Shown here in pieces: positions 11,348 through 20,521 of a stretch of DNA of 64,000 bases. Under the pieces are notes generated by a model, which was not told the DNA's origin, did no database searches, and saw only the letters and a list, made by a program, of their open reading frames with translations. Numbering within the stretch: the first letter of the stretch is position 1; every line of letters starts with the position of its first letter. The position numbers were made by a program, and so were the translations under genes. Source of the stretch: a bacterium (GTDB lineage: Bacteria; SZUA-182; DTGQ01; JAFGSM01); contig JBLIRO010000017.1 of assembly GCA_049472335.1 (NCBI GenBank), positions 1 through 64,000 on the forward strand, given 5' to 3'.

Positions 11348-11363
11348 TGCAAGTTGTATTCCA
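11348..11363 (-). promoter_or_regulatory. Sigma54 (-24/-12) promoter
   Basis: Minus strand TGGAATACAACTTGCA, GG-N10-GC, about 140 bp upstream of paralog 2. Confidence 0.7.
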
Positions 11364-11626
11364 GTAAAAAGCGGTTTGAAATTAAGGATTTGTTTTCTCA
11401 AAAAATTCTTAATAACAAGGCGTTAGAAAAATATAATGGGTTTGATATATTAGAAAAGATCATAAAAATAATGTTAAGTTAATATAAAATATGCTGAAAA
11501 GATCCTTAAAATCCTCTAGGCAGAAAAGCTGATCCGGTGACCATAACAATGTTTTATTATTAAAGTTTTGGTCTGAATATGTCGAATAACAAATAGAAAT
11601 TAATAAAAACAAGTTAATAGGAGGTT

Positions 11627-12025
11627 ATGATGACGGCAACAAAGATGGAAACAATCACGGCTTGTGAACCTCAGAGAATATTGGTCGTTGATGATGATTT
11701 TGCCGTCAGATTGTCTCTCCAAATACTCCTCAGGAAGCATGGATATAAGGTGTGGACTGCAGAGGATGCCTTATCGGCATATCAGGACCTTGAAAAAATC
11801 AAACCACAGTTGATCATCCTCGATATCAGACTCCCTGCCATAGACGGAATCGATTTTTTACATATCCTTCAAAATAAAAAGGTTAATGCCAAGGTAATAT
11901 TTATTAGCGCATACAATGATATGGATTTTGACAAGGCCTTTTATATGGGTGCGTACGATTATATAAAGAAACCCTTTCAGGCTGAGGAGATAATAAATGC
12001 TGTAACAAAGGCCCTGAACTGCTAA
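11627..12025 (+). CDS. Stand-alone response regulator receiver protein
   Basis: ILVVDDD, LIILDIRLP.IDG, ISA and KPF motifs; AGGAGG RBS. Confidence 0.92.
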   Translation: MMTATKMETITACEPQRILVVDDDFAVRLSLQILLRKHGYKVWTAEDALSAYQDLEKIKPQLIILDIRLPAIDGIDFLHILQNKKVNAKVIFISAYNDMDFDKAFYMGAYDYIKKPFQAEEIINAVTKALNC

Positions 12026-12026
12026 A

Positions 12027-14189
12027 TCAGAAGCCCCTGCAAAATACTCTAAAATCCATGTCCTGGGCAAAGATGGTATTCGCTCCTTCAAGGCTTTCGA
12101 GAAATGTCTGATTTATCTCCCCTGCCCTGACCTGCCTCAGAAGCTCCTTAGCCCAGTTTAAGTGTCTGATTGTCCTCATTTCAGAGTAGCGAACTGCCTG
12201 ACCGGTTTGAATCAGAAATCCCCAATCACTGCTTTGGGCAAGAAATGTCTCCCGGGCCGCCTGGTCAAGCGCCCTTTTTTCAAGGCCCTGAACCGATCTT
12301 TTTTCAGAAGCAAGGTTTATAAGCCGGTCCAGGATCTTGAATATATGACGGTAAATCCATGTGTTTGGCTGATATTCCCTCCCCTCAAGCCAGGTGGAAA
12401 AATAATCCTCTTTGCCCCAGGTTGAGATGCCGGGCATCAATTTTTGATGATGCCTATATTGAAAAAGATATTCAGATGGTGTTACGGGGCGCACTGTTGC
12501 CTGATCATGGAGCATCTTCCTAAAAACCAGTTCTATCCAGGCCGGCCCTTCCTCCCACCAATGACCGAAAAGTTCACCATCATAAGCTGATAGAATCATA
12601 GGGCATCTATTATATTTTTTGTTAAGGCTCAAGGCCTGTAAACCACGAAAATAGACGAACTGTCCTGCATGCTCATTTATTGCCTCCGCGGCCCACTCAG
12701 GTTGATAGAATTCCTTGCGATCCAGGGGGAGCTTTTTCCCTGTAACCCGGTGATATTTTAATCCTGTACTTCGCCTGACATTGGCTGTCTTGAAATAATC
12801 GGGTAAGTAGTCCCAGTCTGCTTCATAACCCACATCCTTGTACCATTCTTTGTAGCGGCCATCTCCGGGATAACCATTATCTTTGGACCAGACCTGTGCT
12901 TTCGTCTCCTCATCGATCCCGAATACCGCCAGTCCCGAGTGGGTTATAACGGGTGCATATACATCAAAAAAGGCCTTTGTATCTCCCCGCAGTATTCCAT
13001 GGGTGTTTACCACGGTCCATTTAATACCCTCATCGGTCAAATATCTATCCAGACCGGGCACAAAGGCATTTTCCGGTAACCACATCCCCCTTGGCCAACA
13101 ACCGAATACCCGCTGGTATTGACGGCACGCAATCTGAATCTGGGCCCTGATAGCCTCAGGATAGTGCATGTAAAAAGGAAGAATCGCATGAGTGGCAGGA
13201 CAGGCGCAGACCTCAATTTTGCCGAGATTCTGAAAGTCTCTGAATCCATGTGTAATATCGCCGCTATAGGCCTCGAATATCTCTATGGCCCTGTGAAATT
13301 TGGACAACAAAAGCTCGAGTGTATGATGGAAAGGTTTGTCTCCGGAATGAGCGTATTCCTTTTCAGCGAATCGAATGACCTCCGCCATATGTTTACGATA
13401 ACGGTCCTGAAGCAATCTGTCCTGAAGCATGCTTATAAGGGGAGCGGAAAGTGTGAGCGTTAAACGAAAATCTATGGCATCCCTTTCCAGGTTCCAGAAC
13501 ATGGAAAGTAGTTGAGTATATACAGAGGTAATGGCTTCAAAAAGCCATTGCTCCTCCAGAGATACCTCATGTTCAGGATGTCGTATGAATGGGAGGTGAT
13601 TGTGTAACAAAAGAACCCAATATCCACTTTCAGGAGGCTGATTATGAACGCGACCCTCACGCCAGTATTTATATAGATTAATGCGCCAGCGATCTTCATC
13701 AGCCGGAATCTCGACCGGATGATACTCACAATCTATATCACTCCACTCCGAATATTTTTCAACCGTTTCCACGAAATTTTTGGGCATGGAAAAACGATTT
13801 GATCGTGCCACCATCTCAAAGTAATTTGTCCCCTCAGTCTTATATCCTATTTCGCAGATGTATTCATGATCAGGGTCGAGCTTTATCCAATATTCATTTT
13901 TATCCCCAATAAAATCATCTATTTCGAACATATGGTTATAATTAAATCCATCGAATTTGCCATGACCGTCCAATTGATATACGCGAAGCACCTGATAATT
14001 GTTCTTTAAGAAATTATCTCCGAATTTTTGTGTCAGATATTTTTTTGCGGCTTCGCCAACCTCAAAAAAGGCATAGGCACATTGAGGGTCTTTCGGAAGG
14101 ACCCAGATATAGGTCTCGTTGTAATAAGGGTCCAGAAACGGCTCCTCTTTCAGGATTTGCTGATCGATGATTTGTGTTGTTTCTTGCAT
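12027..14189 (-). CDS. DUF4912 + GH57 1,4-alpha-glucan branching enzyme
   Basis: N-terminal LPKDPQCAYAFFEV...ARSN (DUF4912-like); HNHLPF, EQWLFEAIT, GMWLPE, YDGELFGHWWEEG and AQSSDW motifs. Confidence 0.9.
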   Translation of the reverse strand: MQETTQIIDQQILKEEPFLDPYYNETYIWVLPKDPQCAYAFFEVGEAAKKYLTQKFGDNFLKNNYQVLRVYQLDGHGKFDGFNYNHMFEIDDFIGDKNEYWIKLDPDHEYICEIGYKTEGTNYFEMVARSNRFSMPKNFVETVEKYSEWSDIDCEYHPVEIPADEDRWRINLYKYWREGRVHNQPPESGYWVLLLHNHLPFIRHPEHEVSLEEQWLFEAITSVYTQLLSMFWNLERDAIDFRLTLTLSAPLISMLQDRLLQDRYRKHMAEVIRFAEKEYAHSGDKPFHHTLELLLSKFHRAIEIFEAYSGDITHGFRDFQNLGKIEVCACPATHAILPFYMHYPEAIRAQIQIACRQYQRVFGCWPRGMWLPENAFVPGLDRYLTDEGIKWTVVNTHGILRGDTKAFFDVYAPVITHSGLAVFGIDEETKAQVWSKDNGYPGDGRYKEWYKDVGYEADWDYLPDYFKTANVRRSTGLKYHRVTGKKLPLDRKEFYQPEWAAEAINEHAGQFVYFRGLQALSLNKKYNRCPMILSAYDGELFGHWWEEGPAWIELVFRKMLHDQATVRPVTPSEYLFQYRHHQKLMPGISTWGKEDYFSTWLEGREYQPNTWIYRHIFKILDRLINLASEKRSVQGLEKRALDQAARETFLAQSSDWGFLIQTGQAVRYSEMRTIRHLNWAKELLRQVRAGEINQTFLESLEGANTIFAQDMDFRVFCRGF

Positions 14190-14192
14190 TTG

Positions 14193-15605
14193 TTATGCTT
14201 TTTTCCTCTTTTTAGGAGCTCTTTTGCTTTCGGCTTGATAAATTCTGTCTATCTTATGACCAATTGCATCCCAGGTATAGTTATGCTCTATTTCTTCCCA
14301 TCCTTTTTTACTTATCTCATGCCCCTTGTCCCAGTCAAAAAGTACTCTTTCTATACCCCAGACTATTGAATTCGGATTGTCATAAACCTGTATTCCGTTC
14401 TCCAGGTGTTTTATCAGGCCATAGCTGCCCGCGTGAGTTGCTATCACCGGCTTTTTTGCGCTCCAGGCCGCAAGCACCTGATAGGGGCTTATCGAAACCC
14501 TGTTGGGAATAACAACAATATCGGCGGCCTGAAACAGCTCCTGAAGGTCCCTCCCCTCTTTGTGGCCAACAAGGCGGATTGCATGCTCAAATAACAAGTA
14601 ATGTGCCTTTATCCTTAAAGGCCACGTCAGTTCACCGTCTCCGACCAGAAGAAATCGCAACTGAGGATTATTCCTTAATAGAGAAGGGATAGCATCCACA
14701 AGAATATCCGGGCCATAATCATTATTCAAATCCCCTACAAACAAAACCAAAGGATCCAGTGGCCAAAGATCATACTTCTTTTTAATCTCGCCGGGGTCTT
14801 TTACCCATTGATAATCCTGCCAGTGGAATTCCTTTTGTATAATAGAGATCTTTTCTTCAGGCAAGGAAAAGCGATTCTTGATATCAGAACATACTTTTTG
14901 ATCAAAACACACAATACTATCGCTTGTTTTAATTAATTCCTGTTCAAGCAGATTCTGCTGGGATCTAAAATTGTTATCATAAGCTAATCCCTCATTACAG
15001 CCGTTTGTATGTAATGTAAACACAACACGCCTTGGAATACCGTTTTGTAAACTTTTCACAGCCCTTGCAGGATGCCAGTTATAACAGTGGATTATATCAA
15101 AGGGTTTTTCTTTGGTCTCGATTTTTTTGATACGTTCGCAGATCTTGTTTGTGAATATTGATATCCCCTTGAATAGTGGGAGTGTGGAATCCACATGAAT
15201 ATGGTGATAATGAACCCGGTCTATTGTCTTATTAGCAGGTTGTTTCTTACCGCTTCGGGTAAATACGTGTATTTCATGGCCATCTTTTACCAGGGCGGCA
15301 GCAAGTTTGTTAATGTGCGCGGATTCCGTTCCATTATTTTCCTCAGGGTAACACTCCCAGCTAAGAATAGCCACCTTCTGTTTTTTGTTTCTTACACTAG
15401 GACTTTTTGTGGATAAGCTTGGTTGCACCTTTTTAGGATCTTCACCCTTTGGCCCTGTTTTTTTATTGCCTTCATTGAGCTCTATTGGAATCAATTGGCT
15501 TATATTCGGTTTATAGATCCCCCTTTTTTTATTACTGATAGGGAGTCTGCTTTGGGCCGGTTCATGGGGTGAGATGGACTGTTCTTTCAATAAATCCATA
15601 TCCAT
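14193..15605 (-). CDS. GT4-family glycosyltransferase-like protein with degenerate active-site motifs
   Basis: GT-B fold pattern (LSWE, DIIHCYNWH, LVGDG, AWSAKKPV), but the usual R/K and EPFG..E motifs are absent. Confidence 0.85.
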   Translation of the reverse strand: MDMDLLKEQSISPHEPAQSRLPISNKKRGIYKPNISQLIPIELNEGNKKTGPKGEDPKKVQPSLSTKSPSVRNKKQKVAILSWECYPEENNGTESAHINKLAAALVKDGHEIHVFTRSGKKQPANKTIDRVHYHHIHVDSTLPLFKGISIFTNKICERIKKIETKEKPFDIIHCYNWHPARAVKSLQNGIPRRVVFTLHTNGCNEGLAYDNNFRSQQNLLEQELIKTSDSIVCFDQKVCSDIKNRFSLPEEKISIIQKEFHWQDYQWVKDPGEIKKKYDLWPLDPLVLFVGDLNNDYGPDILVDAIPSLLRNNPQLRFLLVGDGELTWPLRIKAHYLLFEHAIRLVGHKEGRDLQELFQAADIVVIPNRVSISPYQVLAAWSAKKPVIATHAGSYGLIKHLENGIQVYDNPNSIVWGIERVLFDWDKGHEISKKGWEEIEHNYTWDAIGHKIDRIYQAESKRAPKKRKKA

Positions 15606-16086
15606 TGGTTCCCTCCGGGTTTATTGATTGTTGTAAATTAATATTGTTTAAACATAAAACATAGAGGTGATATGGATCCCCCCCCGCAATAAACCCAATA
15701 CACCCATTTTAGATTTAATAAGGTCTAGAATAAACGATTTTATAAAAAAAATCAAACAATCTAAATCCTGCAGCCTTATTTTTTTCATATTGTTCGGATT
15801 CTTAAACGGCAAAAAAGATTGTGTCCAATATTTCAAGGCATAACCACTTGATCATAGAAAAGGAAGCAAACAATTTAGACAACTAAAATATTATGCATAT
15901 TGTTACAATGGTTATGAAAAAAAATACATAATTTAATAAAAAATGAATATGATTGCCCATTGTAAAAAAATCTAAAAAATAAGTGATGTGTGTGACCGGG
16001 ATTTTATTATTCTATTTACCATAAAAATATAACTTGTATTAACACATAGAATAAATATTTAAAACTATAGAAAAGATATTTTTTTA

Positions 16087-16102
16087 TGGCATTAAAATTG
16101 CT
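16087..16102 (+). promoter_or_regulatory. Sigma54 (-24/-12) promoter
   Basis: TGGCATTAAAATTGCT, near-consensus GG-N10-GC, upstream of 16174 and paralog 3. Confidence 0.75.
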
Positions 16103-16173
16103 TTCAAAATTATAAAATGGTTTAAACATTAACAATAATTTAAATATTTTATAGAGATTAAGGTGTTATTAAG

Positions 16174-16560
16174 TTGAAGATTAGCATGAAACGAAACAGA
16201 CAGGGATTTACACCTCTAATGTCACATAAACTGAATAGATATCATAAGAGAATATGTATTATACTTTTATTTGTTTTTTTTGTTCTCTTTTGCCTTGACG
16301 GAATAGCATATGTACATTGTAAGTCAATATTCCCAGATGAGATCATGGATATCCATGGCTCCATTCTCTCATCTATTTTGAGAATAGAACAACCTGTTTC
16401 CTGTGAGACAGGCAACGAACCCATATCTTTCCCTGTCACGGGTATATATATATCTTGTATTCTGATTGCTTATACGTTAAAGAGATGTTTTCCTGTAAAT
16501 AATTATCATCTCTTGGATTCAAAGGAAAGATTGTTTACATTTCATCGTTACAATTCTTGA
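16174..16560 (+). CDS. Hypothetical protein with N-terminal hydrophobic segment
   Basis: The only long ORF between the sigma54 promoter and paralog 3; no recognised domain. Confidence 0.45.
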   Translation: MKISMKRNRQGFTPLMSHKLNRYHKRICIILLFVFFVLFCLDGIAYVHCKSIFPDEIMDIHGSILSSILRIEQPVSCETGNEPISFPVTGIYISCILIAYTLKRCFPVNNYHLLDSKERLFTFHRYNS

Positions 16561-16735
16561 AATAACTATCTTCATTTTTCCTAATTAATGCTTCCTTTAC
16601 AAAGACTTTTTCTCAGGAATTCATGTATTAATAATGATTGAAAGGGGGGATTTCAACTCGGTCATTCACGCAGCCTTGGCGGAGCAATTATGAATTTTAA
16701 CATTTCAAGTTTAAATGGGTCAGGAGGGTAAGAAA

Positions 16736-17485
16736 ATGATTTCTAATTGTATTAAAAGATGTTTTAATGGTTATGGTATATCACGTATCATGCTGGTTTG
16801 TGTTTTTGTTTTTCTCGTTTTTTTCATGCAGAGTATCCCCGCATCCGGACAGATTTTTCCATATCTGCCCTTTTTTCAGCAGTACCTGCCTTCATTATCC
16901 AATTTATTTATAAATCCATATGCGGCTGCAAATCCATATTATAGTCTCAATCCATATTTAGGGCTTTTAAATCAGTCCCCCCTGTTTAACAATCCCTTCT
17001 CTCTCAATACAAGCTCGCTTTATCCACAAGCGAGTGTTGCGGGCGGACTTATTCCTTTTACAGGTTTTAATCTGAATCCTTTTGGCTTACCTTATATTCC
17101 GGCAGCTACGTATTTCGCGGCTGCCTTGACCCCTGTCGATGTAGCGGGAGCCTGGGCCGGGGTATGGGTTAGCACTTTTCTGCCAGGTGGTGTGACAACC
17201 GGAGATTTGAGCATAACACTGGCGCAGTCCGGGACCGACGTCACGGGTACGGTAGCCTTTTTTCTTAATAAAATCCTTAAGTTTGGTGCGGATGTAGTTG
17301 GGACTGTTGAGGGGAATATCCTTACGCTTACAAGTACTGTGCTGACTGTTGGTGGGACAAAGACCTTTGATGTGACAATTTCGGCTACAGTCAATGGTAT
17401 TGAAATGGATGGCACATATTTGGCTATAAATAATGTTACGGCGAGTATCGCAGAAGAGGGGACCTTTACTGCAACCAGATTATAA
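16736..17485 (+). CDS. Secreted protein with P/F/Y/N-rich low-complexity region and C-terminal beta-domain (paralog 3)
   Basis: GGAGG RBS before ATG 16736 (ORF open from 16715). Signal ends ASG|QIFP. Shares GQIFP, NPYLGL/SPYLGL, YFAAA, LNKILK and EEGTFTATRL with paralog 1. Confidence 0.88.
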   Translation: MISNCIKRCFNGYGISRIMLVCVFVFLVFFMQSIPASGQIFPYLPFFQQYLPSLSNLFINPYAAANPYYSLNPYLGLLNQSPLFNNPFSLNTSSLYPQASVAGGLIPFTGFNLNPFGLPYIPAATYFAAALTPVDVAGAWAGVWVSTFLPGGVTTGDLSITLAQSGTDVTGTVAFFLNKILKFGADVVGTVEGNILTLTSTVLTVGGTKTFDVTISATVNGIEMDGTYLAINNVTASIAEEGTFTATRL

Positions 17486-17511
17486 TTTTGTGTCTCAATA
17501 GTATAAATATC

Positions 17512-17546
17512 TTAAGGGGGCATTTAGAAAAAAAATGCCCCCTTAA
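17512..17546 (+). terminator. Hairpin terminator
   Basis: TTAAGGGGGCATTT...AAATGCCCCCTTAA after paralog 3. Confidence 0.7.
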
Positions 17547-17767
17547 TGGCTTTCCTGTTTTTGTTCGACTATTAATATTGTTCGGGTTCTTTGTTCACGA
17601 CTATAATTCCCGGCCAAAGCTTATGTTTGTTTGATTTTCGTCTTACATTACATTATCATAAAGAAAACTGACGAGTTATTTCTTAAACGGCAAAGATGTA
17701 ATTATCCGGATAAAATTAACATCACAAGTCCTTGAAAGTTATTTACTCTTATAATTTATAATTCTGT

Positions 17768-17843
17768 GCGCCCGTAGCTCAGGGGATAGAGCGCAGCGCT
17801 CCGGACGCTGAAGCCGAAGGTTCAAGTCCTTCCGGGCGTACCA
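17768..17843 (+). tRNA. tRNA-Arg(CCG)
   Basis: Acceptor stem GCGCCCG/CGGGCGT, anticodon arm CAGCG-CT-CCG-GA-CGCTG, T-loop GTTCAAGT, encoded CCA. Confidence 0.97.
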
Positions 17844-17884
17844 TTGTTTCTCAAAGAATTCAAAATAGATAATAAGTTTTTTCA

Positions 17885-18508
17885 TCAGCCCTTTTTTAAA
17901 GAATTTGCCTCAATCATCATCTTGACGAATCGTTTATCTTCGGCCTGACGCTTAAAAAAACCGGTAAAAAAACCACCAATCCATCCCAGGATTAGAAGAC
18001 CTATTCCGATACCCGCTAATTTTATATGATCCTGTTTTTCCAGTTCTTTATTTTTCCGGGCGAGTTTATCCAGTTCCTCTTGGGTTTCTTCCAGTTTTTT
18101 TTCAAGCTTTGCATTCAGATCAGTTTGTCCCTGTAATTTTGTTCTGGTCCTTTCAAATTCATCAGCCTGATTCCTGAGCATGGATTCAAGCTGTTCAATC
18201 TTTACCACCGGCGGGATATCGGTCGTTACCATGGTTTTGTAAACCCAGCCCACTGTTTTATCTTTAAGCTCTACCTGATACCATTCATCTTTCTCGACTA
18301 ATAATCTCAGCGGATAACCAATTGGGACCGACTTTACTACCTTATATTGAGTGCCGGCCCCGATACGGACATTAACGCTGGGAACACTTACATAGACTGT
18401 TTTTCCCGCAGCCAGAGCAAGTGTGCTTATTAAAAGTGAAACTATAAACACCCACAAGCATATATATTTCATCCTTTGCTCTCCCTTTATACGAAATAAT
18501 TCAACCAT
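17885..18508 (-). CDS. SH3 domain protein with coiled coil and C-terminal anchor (YgiM/TIGR04211-like)
   Basis: Signal peptide, VNVRIGAGTQY..WYQV..GWV (SH3b), coiled coil and C-terminal TM. The start may be at the second Met. Confidence 0.85.
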   Translation of the reverse strand: MVELFRIKGEQRMKYICLWVFIVSLLISTLALAAGKTVYVSVPSVNVRIGAGTQYKVVKSVPIGYPLRLLVEKDEWYQVELKDKTVGWVYKTMVTTDIPPVVKIEQLESMLRNQADEFERTRTKLQGQTDLNAKLEKKLEETQEELDKLARKNKELEKQDHIKLAGIGIGLLILGWIGGFFTGFFKRQAEDKRFVKMMIEANSLKKG

Positions 18509-18841
18509 TAATGGGAATATCTATGATTTTAGTTGATCAAAAAACATGACTATTTTCATAACACCTTTCAGGCAAAAACTCAAGGGGCCAATATTCCAGC
18601 ATTAGTTGACAAAATATTTTTTGATCAGATATTTTAATAGAATTAAATGAACATCTCAATAGCCCTGCATTCATGCCTTCCGAATCGAGACTTCATCGGC
18701 AAAAATGACAAAATGACCAATATATATTGATAAATTGGTCTGATTCTGTTATATCTGTCAGGGTTTGGAATTTCCCGTTTCGAATGGGAAAAATAAAGAA
18801 ATATTTTAATAAAATAGCAGAGGAGAATTTTTCTGATCCCA

Positions 18842-20128
18842 ATGAATAGTTTTCTTTCCCTGGGTCTTGCGGCAATTGCCGGATTTGCCATGGGAAGATT
18901 AATGAATAAAATCAAGGTTCCGGCAGTCGCCGGATACGTTTTAATAGGCTTTATTCTGGGAAAATCAATCCTGGGTGTTTTTAGCGGACCTAAATTTGAT
19001 TTTCTAAGTGTTGAGGTTATAACTCCCCTGGCCCTCAGTTTTATTGCTTTTTCAATTGGATCGGAGCTTCAATGGGGCTCCTTGAAAGAGCTGGGAAAGA
19101 CTATTATCCTGATAAGCATATGTGAGGCGTTCGGAGCTTTTATCCTGGTTGGGGTCTCCTCTTACTTTCTTTTGCCCCATTTTATGAAAAATGGTAATAA
19201 TTTCCAATATGCATCGGTTGCTTTGTTATTAGCCGCAGTGGCCTCCGCAACAGCCCCTGCCGCGACAATGATGGTTCTCCATGAAATAAAGGCAAAGGGA
19301 GACCTGACAAAAACCTTGATGGCCGTGGTGGCTATTGATGATGCCATTGCCTTGATTTTGTATGGATTTTCTTCTTCCATCGCAAAATCCTTTCTTTCCG
19401 TCCAGCAGGAGACAATTACACCATCAATATTCGCAGGTCGATTTTGGTCAGATACCATGGTGCGAATGATCCTTGTGCCATTAAAGGAAATAACCCTTGC
19501 TATTCTTTTAGGGATAGTATCGGGGGCAATATTGAGTTTGTTTATTACAAAATTTAGAGATAATGAAGATTTACTTATCGTTACCACAGGTATTTTAATA
19601 ATTACAGCAGGAATCTCCCTGATGGCTCACTTTGATGAACTGCTTGCCTGTATGGCCTTAGGGATTGTTTTAAGCAATGTTACTCCATTAAGCAGCCTGA
19701 AGGTGTTTCGAATGACTAATAATGTTGCCCCGCCTATCTATTGTATGTTTTTCGTTCTCGCCGGTGCTCATCTGCGTATCGGATTGATCCGGGAGATTGG
19801 ATTGTTGGGGATTTGTTATATTCTAATGCGTATTTTAGGCAAAATTTTAGGAGCCTATTTTGGTGCCTGGATTTCTAACGCACCAAAGGTTGTACAAAAA
19901 TACCTGGGATTTGGTCTTTTATCTCAGATTGGAGTTGCAGTTGGTCTGGCAATGATTATTCGTCAGGATTTTCAGAATTTTGCCATTGGGGCGAAGATGA
20001 GCACGTGGATCATTAATATTTTATTGTTTACGACTTTATTTACGGAAATCATCGGGCCAATCTGCACAAAATACGCTGTCGTAAAAGCGGGTGAGGCAGA
20101 AAGATCCAAGACCGCAAGAAAAAGTTAG
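18842..20128 (+). CDS. Cation:proton antiporter (CPA2/Kef-like)
   Basis: Multi-TM protein with ASATAPAAT, VVAIDDA, FFVLAG and QIGVAVGL motifs. Confidence 0.9.
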   Translation: MNSFLSLGLAAIAGFAMGRLMNKIKVPAVAGYVLIGFILGKSILGVFSGPKFDFLSVEVITPLALSFIAFSIGSELQWGSLKELGKTIILISICEAFGAFILVGVSSYFLLPHFMKNGNNFQYASVALLLAAVASATAPAATMMVLHEIKAKGDLTKTLMAVVAIDDAIALILYGFSSSIAKSFLSVQQETITPSIFAGRFWSDTMVRMILVPLKEITLAILLGIVSGAILSLFITKFRDNEDLLIVTTGILIITAGISLMAHFDELLACMALGIVLSNVTPLSSLKVFRMTNNVAPPIYCMFFVLAGAHLRIGLIREIGLLGICYILMRILGKILGAYFGAWISNAPKVVQKYLGFGLLSQIGVAVGLAMIIRQDFQNFAIGAKMSTWIINILLFTTLFTEIIGPICTKYAVVKAGEAERSKTARKS

Positions 20129-20177
20129 AAAATTTTCCTGATCCCTTAACTTAAAAGATAAAAAAAGGAAATAATGT

Positions 20178-20519
20178 ATGCATCTTCTAATTATTGTGTT
20201 AAACAAAGAGATGTTTCTGGATGAAGTGTTGGAAGCCTTTGTGGAGGTTGGTATTACCGGCGCGACTATTGTGGATAGCGTAGGCATGGGGCAAACCTTG
20301 GCTTACAAGATCCCTATCTTTGCAGGATTAAGAAAATCCTTAAAAACATCTGAGTGCAACAAAATGATTTTCTCAGTAGTTCAGAATGAAAAGATTTTAG
20401 AGGAAGCTCTGCAATTAATCGAAGAGATCATCGACTTTGGCACCCCTGGCAATGGTATATTATTCGTGATTCCAATTACTTTAACAAGGGGGGTCGGCCA
20501 GGAAGAATTGATATGGTAA
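20178..20519 (+). CDS. PII-like (GlnB superfamily) protein
   Basis: GITGATIVDSVGMG...PGNGILFVIP pattern; immediately downstream of the antiporter. Confidence 0.8.
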   Translation: MHLLIIVLNKEMFLDEVLEAFVEVGITGATIVDSVGMGQTLAYKIPIFAGLRKSLKTSECNKMIFSVVQNEKILEEALQLIEEIIDFGTPGNGILFVIPITLTRGVGQEELIW

Positions 20520-20521
20520 AA

